IMG/VR virus record: IMGVR_UViG_2825563536_000001
Span: 28,136-92,135 of that record
DNA: 64,000 nucleotides
Source of the DNA: a virus
Taxonomy: Duplodnaviria; Caudoviricetes
Strand: one strand, 5' to 3'
Position 1 is the stretch's first letter. Each line of letters begins with the position of its first letter. Position numbers and translations under genes: made by a program. The notes under the pieces were generated by a model that saw only the letters and a list, made by a program, of their open reading frames with translations, did not search any database and was not told where the DNA came from. Shown piece by piece: positions 56,988 to 64,000 of the stretch.

Positions 56988-57467
56988 TCAAGCCGCGAAA
57001 GTGTCGCGGTACACGTCGTCGGCGAACAGGTTGACGAGGTCGTTCATTCGCCCGCGCCAGCGTTCGTCCTTGACCAGGTCGGCTGCGGTGACGGGCCGTT
57101 CCATCGGCTTGACCTCGGGAGGGTCGGCGCCAGCACCGGCGATCACCGCGGCCTGCACGCCCTGCAGGCAGTCGACAATCGTCATCAGCAGGTAGGTGTC
57201 GAGGGTGTACTCGAGCGGGGTGGGAGGCTCCGTGGATTCGGGGAGTTCGAGCATCTGCTCGGCCAGGCGCCGGTTCATCAGCACCGCGGTCTTGTAGTGC
57301 GAACCGCGAGGCAGCTTGTCCTTCCAGCGCCACACGCGCCGCCAGTCGAGCGTGCGCATGTCGGCCGGGCCGAAACAGTGATGAATGTCGATGCCGCGCT
57401 CGATCAGGTCGTACTCGAGCGCGTCACCGAACTCATCCCAGAAACTCAGGAGCCCTGCGACCCCCCC
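56988..57467 (-). CDS. tail assembly chaperone, -1 frameshift extension
   Basis: open -1 frame from G7 run: VAGLLSFWDEFGDALEYDL...LDWRR..LPRGS. Confidence 0.8.
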   Translation of the reverse strand, partial: GGVAGLLSFWDEFGDALEYDLIERGIDIHHCFGPADMRTLDWRRVWRWKDKLPRGSHYKTAVLMNRRLAEQMLELPESTEPPTPLEYTLDTYLLMTIVDCLQGVQAAVIAGAGADPPEVKPMERPVTAADLVKDERWRGRMNDLVNLFADDVYRDTFAA

Positions 57468-57772
57468 GGCAGGCCCGTGACGCCGGCGCCGTAGTAGTGC
57501 TCCTGCAGGTCACGCTGGAACGCCACCCATTCGGTCAGCGGGCGCTCGTCGTACAGAGCTTCGATCGCCTCGCGCTGATCGCCGAGCATGATGTCCAGCT
57601 GCTCGTCCTCGTTCTTCGCCAGACGCATCTTCTTGGCCTGGCCGCGCGTCATTTCCGGGATCACGATGTCCGCGGTCAGCACGTACGGGCCGCGCCGCTT
57701 CGCTTCCAGCTCGGCGCGAATCTCGTGAAGGCGGCCGACGTCCGACATGCCCTTGGTCTCCTTGGTGCTCAT
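57446..57772 (-). CDS. tail assembly chaperone
   Basis: between major tail and tape measure; AGGAG RBS. Confidence 0.85.
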   Translation of the reverse strand: MSTKETKGMSDVGRLHEIRAELEAKRRGPYVLTADIVIPEMTRGQAKKMRLAKNEDEQLDIMLGDQREAIEALYDERPLTEWVAFQRDLQEHYYGAGVTGLPGGSQGS

Positions 57773-57830
57773 GGGTGTTGTTCTCCTGGGGGGTTCGTTG
57801 CTGGTGTGGTGTGTGTGGGGTGGTGCCCGG

Positions 57831-57974
57831 TTACTGCGGGCGGAAGGTGACCGGCTTCGACGTCGCGGGCTTCATCTGCGCGCTGCCGCCGGACGGGAAG
57901 TTGCCCGAGGGCTTCGGGTTCGCCTTCGGGGCGGTGGCGACGATCGTCGGGCCGAGAGTTACGCCGTTGCTCAT
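57831..57974 (-). CDS. 47-aa hypothetical protein (not in ORF track)
   Basis: AAGGAG RBS, ATGA overlap; MSNGVTLGPTIVATAPK... Confidence 0.5.
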   Translation of the reverse strand: MSNGVTLGPTIVATAPKANPKPSGNFPSGGSAQMKPATSKPVTFRPQ

Positions 57975-58189
57975 GCGGATGCTCCTTCGGTGGCTGCGCG
58001 GCCCGTGGACCGCTTCGGGGTCGGGGCGGGGGCCTTCTCTGCGGCCTCGCCTGCTGCGTCCTCCACGGACGGCTGGGGGGCCGCGACGGCATAGCCGAGG
58101 CCGAACTGCGCATTGACCAGCTCGGCGGGCGTGTGCGCGACGTACTCGTGATCGCCCTTGACGAGGGTGACGGGGGTGAAGTCAGACAT
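57971..58189 (-). CDS. small virion-associated hypothetical protein
   Basis: GGAG RBS; YVAHTPAELVNAQFGLGY. Confidence 0.65.
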   Translation of the reverse strand: MSDFTPVTLVKGDHEYVAHTPAELVNAQFGLGYAVAAPQPSVEDAAGEAAEKAPAPTPKRSTGRAATEGASA

Positions 58190-58267
58190 GGGGGTATCGC
58201 TCCAAGTGGGGGGTGGGGCCGGTCGGGCGGGGGCGAGCGTGTGCCCGCCCCCGCGCTCAGGACCGGA

Positions 58268-58948
58268 TCAGACGAGGGCCTTCTGGAAGCCGACGTCCTC
58301 GAGGATGTCGAGCCAGCCCTCGCCGCCGAAGCCGTGGCCGACAGCGAAGCCCGCGGTCGCGTCGTTGAACGCCGTCAGCGTCAGCTTCTGGCTGCCGACC
58401 AGCGTGTCCTTGTTCCAGGACTCGCCGTCGTACTTCGACACGGCGACCTTCGGCATGACCTTGAAGATGTAGATCGGCTTCGTCTCGTCGCCGTCGCGGC
58501 CGATCGCGATAGCCGAGTAGTACCGGATGCGCGGGGTCGTCGACTGAGCGAAGAACACCTCGCCGTTGTCCTTGCCCGCCTTGACCGCGGCAAGGTCGAC
58601 GTTGTTCGCCAGCTCGAGGTTGAGCTTGGTCGTCTGCTGCGGCGTGAACGACATCGTCGTCGTGTCCGCGGTGACGTCCAGGCGCGTTGCCTGCAGCTCG
58701 CCGTAGGACTCGGTCGGCGTCGTCTCGACGTTGCGAGCGAACGACACGCCGTCCTTGGCGGCGATCAGGCCGACCGGCGCGTACAGCGCGGGCAGCTTGA
58801 GCAGCTTCGCGCCCGTGTCGGTGAAGGCGGACGGGTGCGGGGTGTAGTGCGGGGCCAGGAAGATCGCGACGTCGAGCGCCTTGATCAGAAGGTGGTCCTT
58901 CGCGGCCTTGATGGAGGTGAAGGTCGTGGGGGTCAGTTCGCCAGCCAT
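58268..58948 (-). CDS. major tail protein
   Basis: VGLIAAKDGVSFAR, ESYGE, GFGGEGW; position. Confidence 0.85.
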   Translation of the reverse strand: MAGELTPTTFTSIKAAKDHLLIKALDVAIFLAPHYTPHPSAFTDTGAKLLKLPALYAPVGLIAAKDGVSFARNVETTPTESYGELQATRLDVTADTTTMSFTPQQTTKLNLELANNVDLAAVKAGKDNGEVFFAQSTTPRIRYYSAIAIGRDGDETKPIYIFKVMPKVAVSKYDGESWNKDTLVGSQKLTLTAFNDATAGFAVGHGFGGEGWLDILEDVGFQKALV

Positions 58949-59023
58949 GCGGCATCTCCAAACTGGATAGATGAACGAGAAACGGCACCGCCGAAAGGCG
59001 ATGCCGCAGAAAGGGAAAGGTGA

Positions 59024-59419
59024 CTACCGCTGTCGTCGGGCGGCGACGACATAGCCGACGTCGATCACGCGGTTCAGGGGGTCGATGTCGGCGCGTTCGA
59101 GCAGGCCCGACATTTCATCGGTCCAGTCGATCAGCACGCCGTTCACACGGGTACCACCGGCAGCCTCGAGCAGCTCGCGGGCGTCGTCGGCGAGACGCTG
59201 CGACGCGGCCCGCTTGTGCGAGAACACCGACAGCTGCACGAACGCGTGATCGGTGATGCCGTCGGACTTCCCGCCGACACGCCGCGCCCAGATCAGCGGA
59301 AGGTGCTCCTCGAGGTCGCCGTCGGGGAGCGTGCCGCACGTGTACGCGAGCGGCGTCAGCAGATCGACCAGCACCTGTTCGAAGTCGGGGAACCTGCCCC
59401 GAACCGGGTACTCGGTCAC
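59024..59419 (-). CDS. tail terminator
   Basis: FPDFEQVLVDLL, LPLI..RRVGG; position. Confidence 0.8.
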   Translation of the reverse strand: MTEYPVRGRFPDFEQVLVDLLTPLAYTCGTLPDGDLEEHLPLIWARRVGGKSDGITDHAFVQLSVFSHKRAASQRLADDARELLEAAGGTRVNGVLIDWTDEMSGLLERADIDPLNRVIDVGYVVAARRQR

Positions 59420-59721
59420 GACGCCGCCCGAATCGCTGCGATCGACTGCCGCAGCACACGCTCAGGCGCGTTGTACCGGGTGCCAATCTCTCGCCACTTC
59501 GCGTAGTAGCCGTCCGCGTACACCGTCGACACACGCGCGGTACCGGCAGCGTTGCGGCCGTCGAGAACTCGCACGTGCGAGGCGTTGTAGCCGGTACGGA
59601 TGCGCGAGTTCGCCGTCCAGAAGTCGGCGCCCGCCTGCGCCTTGCGGTGAGTCAGCCGCGCGAGCGGCTCCGACCGGAGCGGCACCTCGTGCAGGTTGTT
59701 CGAGCCGGGCGAGTAGCGCAC
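59416..59721 (-). CDS. neck protein (HK97 gp10-like)
   Basis: IRTGYNAS...YAKWREIGT. Confidence 0.65.
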   Translation of the reverse strand: MRYSPGSNNLHEVPLRSEPLARLTHRKAQAGADFWTANSRIRTGYNASHVRVLDGRNAAGTARVSTVYADGYYAKWREIGTRYNAPERVLRQSIAAIRAAS

Positions 59722-60056
59722 TACTTCACCTCCTTGAGCGTGAACGTCGTGAACGGCGACCAGCCCGTCCACGGATTGCGCGGGGTGTCGACCTCGGATG
59801 CGAGCGCGACCGTGCGGCCGTCGGGCAGCCGCACGCGGTCGCCGTCTCGGATGTCTGACCCGGTCGGGGCCTGCACGCTGATCGTGGTCACGCTGCGCTT
59901 GTCGCCGACCTCGTCCTTCTTCCCCGATGCGCGGGCCTGCGCGCACGGGCCGATCTTGTGCTCGGAATCGGCGTCGCCGTCGCCGAACGCGTCGCGCTTG
60001 CCCCCGCGCACCACGGTCAGCATCGAACCGGCGGGGAACTCCATCGGCGCGTTCAC
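59721..60056 (-). CDS. head-to-tail stopper
   Basis: DAFGD, DIRDGDRVRL, NPWTGW. Confidence 0.75.
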   Translation of the reverse strand: MNAPMEFPAGSMLTVVRGGKRDAFGDGDADSEHKIGPCAQARASGKKDEVGDKRSVTTISVQAPTGSDIRDGDRVRLPDGRTVALASEVDTPRNPWTGWSPFTTFTLKEVK

Positions 60057-60469
60057 AGCAGCTCGGGCCGGGCCGACAGCAGCCCGGCGTTCCGCAGGAT
60101 CGTCCACGCGCCGGGGTGCAGCTTCGTGGCCGCGGCCGCGATCTGCTGCTGCGACTGCCCGGTCGCGTACGTGACGGAACCGCCTGGCACCGTCTGCGAT
60201 GCGACGATCGGCTCCTGCCCGGCCGCGCCGGCGTCGGGGTCGATCTTCGCGTTCGCCCACATCGCGACCTGCGAGCACGTCGCGTCGCGGAACGCCGCGG
60301 CAACCTTCGGCGCGGTGGGCAGTTCGGTCGCCGGGTCGGCGTCGTACCGGGCGAGCAGCGTGGCCTCACGCACGAGCGCGGACGCGGCCCGGATCAGTCG
60401 GTGCGCGCCCTTCGGCTCGTCGTCGAGCCACAGCGGCACCAGGTCGCCGGGTTCGGCATAGGCGAGCAC
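60053..60469 (-). CDS. head-to-tail adaptor
   Basis: YAEPGDL...AASALV...DATCSQV...LRNAGL. Confidence 0.75.
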   Translation of the reverse strand: MLAYAEPGDLVPLWLDDEPKGAHRLIRAASALVREATLLARYDADPATELPTAPKVAAAFRDATCSQVAMWANAKIDPDAGAAGQEPIVASQTVPGGSVTYATGQSQQQIAAAATKLHPGAWTILRNAGLLSARPELL

Positions 60470-60481
60470 GGGGCCTCCTGA

Positions 60482-60850
60482 CTACGCGTCGCCGAGGAAC
60501 CAGGCGGCGATGGTTGCGGCCTTGTGGCCCTTGAGTTCTGCGTCGGTCTTGCCGTGGGCCTTCGCGTACTTGACCCACTCGGCGCGGGGCGCGGTGCGGG
60601 CAGGTGCGTCGACCTCGACGGCCGCGGCAGCGAGCGCGTCGTTCATGGAATCGAGTGCGTCCGTGGCGGCCGCCTGGGCGGCAGCGAGGTCAGCCTGGGC
60701 CGACTCCGCTGCCGCTGCAGCTACCTCGACGCGCTCGGCGGGAGCGCGAAGCTCCTCCGCAATGCGTTCCCACCGGGCCAGACCGTCGAAGCGGAGCGGG
60801 TCCGCGTCCTCGACGATCTGGCCGGTGAATACCTCACGGAAGACGGGCAT
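60482..60850 (-). CDS. head-associated hypothetical protein
   Basis: coupled to MCP; C-terminal PARTAPRAEWVKYA motif. Confidence 0.65.
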   Translation of the reverse strand: MPVFREVFTGQIVEDADPLRFDGLARWERIAEELRAPAERVEVAAAAAESAQADLAAAQAAATDALDSMNDALAAAAVEVDAPARTAPRAEWVKYAKAHGKTDAELKGHKAATIAAWFLGDA

Positions 60851-61785
60851 CAGGCGTGGTTGTCGCCCTTGATCAGGACGGCACGCTTCGGGTCGAGCAC
60901 CTTCGTGCCGTACAGCGTGTCCAGCGAGACGACCGTCTGCTTCTTGTCGATGCTGTACTGGTACGCGACGCGGATCGACACACCGCGGTACGTCTCGACA
61001 GCAGCGAACGAGCCGGGCGCGACCTCGAGCGGGGCCGAGGTGAACGCCAGCGCCGACTTGTGGAAGGCGAGGCCGACCTCGGTCGTCGGGTCGCCGACAG
61101 CCGGGGAGACCTTCGGCTGGCCGACGTTCTGCGTCTGGTACGCGTCGAAGCCGAACAGGCCGTTACCGAGCGAGGCCCGGCGCAGGGCGTCGGTGGTGCC
61201 CGACTGGTTCGCCGTCTTGAGCAGCGGCGAGTTCAGCCAGTGGGCCTTGGTCGTCGGGCCGGTGATGACGACGCGCTGGTCGCTCGGCACGTTGTTGACG
61301 TCGAGCTGGCGACCGGCCTCGATCAGAACCTCGGGCTTGTTCCAGGCGAAGTCCGCCGGGTTCGTGACGCCGGGCTGGTTCGACAGGCCCGCCTGCTGCG
61401 TGATGCCGTTGCGCATCGCGAGAATCTCACGGTCGATCTTCTGCGCGAGCGCCATCATGGCCGGGGCCAGGAGCTGCGTGTTGAAGTCCGTGATTTCCTG
61501 CGTCAGCTGCTCGGTCGTGACCGCGAACGAGACGTCCGCGATCTTGTCGAGCTTGACCGGGATCGACGACTCGACGGCATCCTGCAGTTCGATGCCGCGG
61601 GCGCGGTCGAAGTCCTTCGCCTCGAAGACGGCGGGCTTCCGCACGTTGACGGTGTCGCCGATCTTCTGCGTGGTGAACTCGGTCGACAGGTCGGTGTAGA
61701 CCAGCGGCAGCATGACCATCGACTCGTAGAGGGTCGCGAGGGCCTGGCGGGCGATCAGGTCGGGGGTGAGCAGCGTGTTTGCCAC
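60850..61785 (-). CDS. major capsid protein (P22 coat-like, HK97 fold)
   Basis: MANTLLTPDLIARQAL, KIGDTVNVRKP, LAPAMMALAQKID, SLDTLYG. Confidence 0.92.
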   Translation of the reverse strand: MANTLLTPDLIARQALATLYESMVMLPLVYTDLSTEFTTQKIGDTVNVRKPAVFEAKDFDRARGIELQDAVESSIPVKLDKIADVSFAVTTEQLTQEITDFNTQLLAPAMMALAQKIDREILAMRNGITQQAGLSNQPGVTNPADFAWNKPEVLIEAGRQLDVNNVPSDQRVVITGPTTKAHWLNSPLLKTANQSGTTDALRRASLGNGLFGFDAYQTQNVGQPKVSPAVGDPTTEVGLAFHKSALAFTSAPLEVAPGSFAAVETYRGVSIRVAYQYSIDKKQTVVSLDTLYGTKVLDPKRAVLIKGDNHA

Positions 61786-61810
61786 TTAGTTCTCCTATGG
61801 AGTTGTGAAA

Positions 61811-62596
61811 TCAGTTGCCGCCGCGGGACTTCCGATACGACGCGCGGAGCGAGTCGATCGAGGTGTCACCGGCGTTGGCTGTGGGATCGCCGTTGCCGGC
61901 GGAGAAGTCCGCACCGCTGCGGGGTGCAGCGACGGGGGTGCGGGTCTTGCGGAAGCGGGGGTTCGCCTCCACGGCTGCCGCGACAGCGGCGTCGACCTGG
62001 GTGCCGAAGTCGGCCGCGGTCGGGTCCAGGCCCTCGACGGCCGACATGAACGCTCGGGAGTCGAGCAGTTCGTCGGAGTCGGCGCCCGCCTTCGCTGCGG
62101 CCCGGTACAGGGCCAGCTCGCGCTGGGCGGCCTGCGCCTGCGCGTCGGCCGCCTGCTGCGCGGCCGCGGACTGTGCCGCGGTGGCCTGCGCCTGAGCGAT
62201 CAGCTCCTCGGGCGTCGGTGCGGCCTCTTCGGGCTTCACGACGCCGAGGGCCTGCGCGATCGACTGCGCGAGTTCGTCGCGAGCCTTCGACGCCGCCTGT
62301 TCGGCAATCTCTCGGGCCTCGCGGGCGGCGATCCGGTTCTTGGCGTTCTCGTCGCGCAGCGAGGCGACCAGGGCCTCCATGTCGACCGGCTTCTTGGTGT
62401 CGGTCTCGCTCGACGGGGCAGCCTCAGCGGGCGCGGCCGGGGCGGCAGGCGCTGCCGGGGCAGCCGGGGCAGCAGGCTCGGCGGGCGCTGCCGGGGCGGC
62501 AGGCTCGGCCGGTGCTACCGGTGCGGCGGGCGGGGTGACGAAACCGGACAGGCTCGCATCGGGCGCGGCAGTCGGGTCGACGACAGTGTCGGACAA
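61811..62596 (-). CDS. scaffolding protein
   Basis: PA-rich N-terminus, LRDENAKNR, LLDSRAF, SGADF; upstream of MCP. Confidence 0.85.
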   Translation of the reverse strand: MSDTVVDPTAAPDASLSGFVTPPAAPVAPAEPAAPAAPAEPAAPAAPAAPAAPAAPAEAAPSSETDTKKPVDMEALVASLRDENAKNRIAAREAREIAEQAASKARDELAQSIAQALGVVKPEEAAPTPEELIAQAQATAAQSAAAQQAADAQAQAAQRELALYRAAAKAGADSDELLDSRAFMSAVEGLDPTAADFGTQVDAAVAAAVEANPRFRKTRTPVAAPRSGADFSAGNGDPTANAGDTSIDSLRASYRKSRGGN

Positions 62597-62760
62597 TGTG
62601 TGCTCCTCTGGCCGCGCCAGGCGGCATGGGGCGAACCCCGACGCCACCAGGGCCTTCGGGGTGTGAACTGATGTGGGAATGCCGCGGCGCCAGGCCGGGG
62701 CGGACACCACCCCCGACCGGCGCCAGGCCGACCTGAAAGGGGTGGAAACTCTTGGGGCGC

Positions 62761-63948
62761 TTAGAGCGCCGTGCCGTACTGCTCGCGGTGCGGCTTACGT
62801 ACGACGGTGTCGTGCGCGGCGACGTGCGCGACGATCTGCTTCCGCAGCTCGGCCACGCGGGCGGCGGCCTTGCGGCGGGCGTCATCGTCGAGGGCGACAG
62901 CCTGTCGTCGACGCGCGGCGCGCAGGTTTCGTTCGAGGCCGCGGAGCTGCTGCTCGGCCTTGTAGTGCGCGGGGTCGACCTCGGGGGCCGACGGCAGCGG
63001 ATCGCCCGGAACCCAAAGCTGTACGAAGTGCTTGCAGTTCGGATGGTTGAAGCCGCGCGCACGGGCGTCGGCGAGCGAGGTGACCACGCGCCGGCGCCAC
63101 GGCTCGGGGCCGTTCGACGTCGTCGCGCCGGTCACCGACAGCAGGTGGCCCTGAAACGGGGCGCACAGGTTCGAGCAGTTCGGATGCACCGACACGCGCA
63201 CGAGGTCGAAGCCGTTCGCGGCGATCAGGGCGGTATGGGCGTCGATCGCGGACTGTGCGGCCGCGGTGCGCGTCGCCATTTCGACGTACGAGACCATCGA
63301 CCACTTCCGCTCGCGGCCGTCGATGTAGCCAGTCAGGCCCTTCGTGGCGGCCCGGTCGAGCAGCTGCTGAGCGAGGCGTAGACGCTGCGCGTCCGAACGC
63401 ATCGGGTCAGCGAGCACCTGCGCGAGCACCTGCTGATACAGGCCCTCCGCTGCGCGAATCATCTGCGGCTCCATCGCCCGCAGCTGGGGGAGCAGCGCGT
63501 TCGGGGTGCGGATCGTGACACCGCGGGGGCCGCGCGGGCCACGGGGCGCGGTCGCGCGCAGGTCCGCGAGGGACATGCCCATTCCGAGCGACAGCGACGG
63601 CGGCAGGCCCGAACCGGGCAGCGTCGGATCGAACGCGGGGCGGCCGGTGCGCTGCGTGACCGTCGCCTTCGCCTTGCGGCGGCCGACCTTCGCGGCGGCG
63701 TCGAGTGCGCGGCGAGCGGCGGACGAGCCGCGGTTCACGATCCGGGACACCTGCTGGCGCACCTTGCGGCGGAACGTTCGCAGCCCGGTCAGCCGGTCGG
63801 CGGCCGTGCCTGTGATGCCTGCGAGCACCGCGCCGGCAACGATGCCGAGCAGCGCGGCCTCACCGGTGGAGAACTCGTCAGCGACGCCCTGTTCGAGGCC
63901 CGCCGTGTCCGCAGCGGACACCGCGCCGGACGTCAGATCATCCGGCAC
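62761..63948 (-). CDS. phage minor capsid protein (MuF-like)
   Basis: RKWSMVSYVEMATRT, CAPFQG, GFNHPNCKH, QLRGLERNLR. Confidence 0.85.
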   Translation of the reverse strand: MPDDLTSGAVSAADTAGLEQGVADEFSTGEAALLGIVAGAVLAGITGTAADRLTGLRTFRRKVRQQVSRIVNRGSSAARRALDAAAKVGRRKAKATVTQRTGRPAFDPTLPGSGLPPSLSLGMGMSLADLRATAPRGPRGPRGVTIRTPNALLPQLRAMEPQMIRAAEGLYQQVLAQVLADPMRSDAQRLRLAQQLLDRAATKGLTGYIDGRERKWSMVSYVEMATRTAAAQSAIDAHTALIAANGFDLVRVSVHPNCSNLCAPFQGHLLSVTGATTSNGPEPWRRRVVTSLADARARGFNHPNCKHFVQLWVPGDPLPSAPEVDPAHYKAEQQLRGLERNLRAARRRQAVALDDDARRKAAARVAELRKQIVAHVAAHDTVVRKPHREQYGTAL

Positions 63949-63965
63949 GGTGCCTCACTCTCGGA

Positions 63966-64000
63966 TCAGGCGGCCGCCTTCGCGGCCGGGTCGTTCTGGG
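63966..64000 (-). CDS. 3' end of upstream gene (probably portal), truncated by window
   Basis: ...NDPAAKAAA-stop; identity inferred from gene order only. Confidence 0.35.
   Translation of the reverse strand, partial: QNDPAAKAAA

Noticed and set aside
62420-62530. PAAPA repeats in scaffold (and PEPAP repeats at 40610-40860) as functional DNA repeats
   Set aside because: Explained by low-complexity protein linkers

Overview
The whole 64 kb window reads as one continuous, high-GC, temperate siphophage genome of an actinobacterial host (probably Mycobacteriales; the GSLGSLD-repeat protein points to Rhodococcus). No host housekeeping DNA was recognised. Left part (1-23 kb): accessory, nucleotide-metabolism and replication genes (nrdF, two cREC-like receiver domains, metallophosphoesterase, RyR-domain protein, UvrD helicase, two C5 DNA methyltransferases, ssb, nrdH, ardA, a Rep initiator with iterons, RecT/RecE-like pair). 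Middle (23-27.5 kb): XRE repressor, degenerate ImmA/IrrE-like protein, tyrosine integrase, excisionase and a HicA/HicB-like pair. From 27.5 to 40 kb lies an array of about 18 mostly single-gene cassettes. Each has the same sigmaA-type promoter, usually with a GACCCC/GGGGTC inverted repeat around the -35 and a conserved 5' hairpin, often a CCCCTACC box, then a small ORF and often a terminator. Four non-coding blocks saturated with the quasi-palindrome GTGC(G/C)GCAC are interspersed. Two more copies of the promoter drive ardA and the helicase operon. Right part (40-64 kb): DUF2637-like protein, a second Rep-like initiator, then on the minus strand the tail, lysis (with an Acb2/Tad1-like gene inside), tape measure, frameshifted tail chaperone, head-tail, capsid, scaffold and minor capsid genes. 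Top observations: (1) the promoter-stem-loop cassette array; (2) a second copy of the major capsid gene at 526-1077 with the A-domain cleanly removed; (3) the GTGCSGCAC repeat blocks. All functional calls come from motif recognition by eye; no database searches were run.
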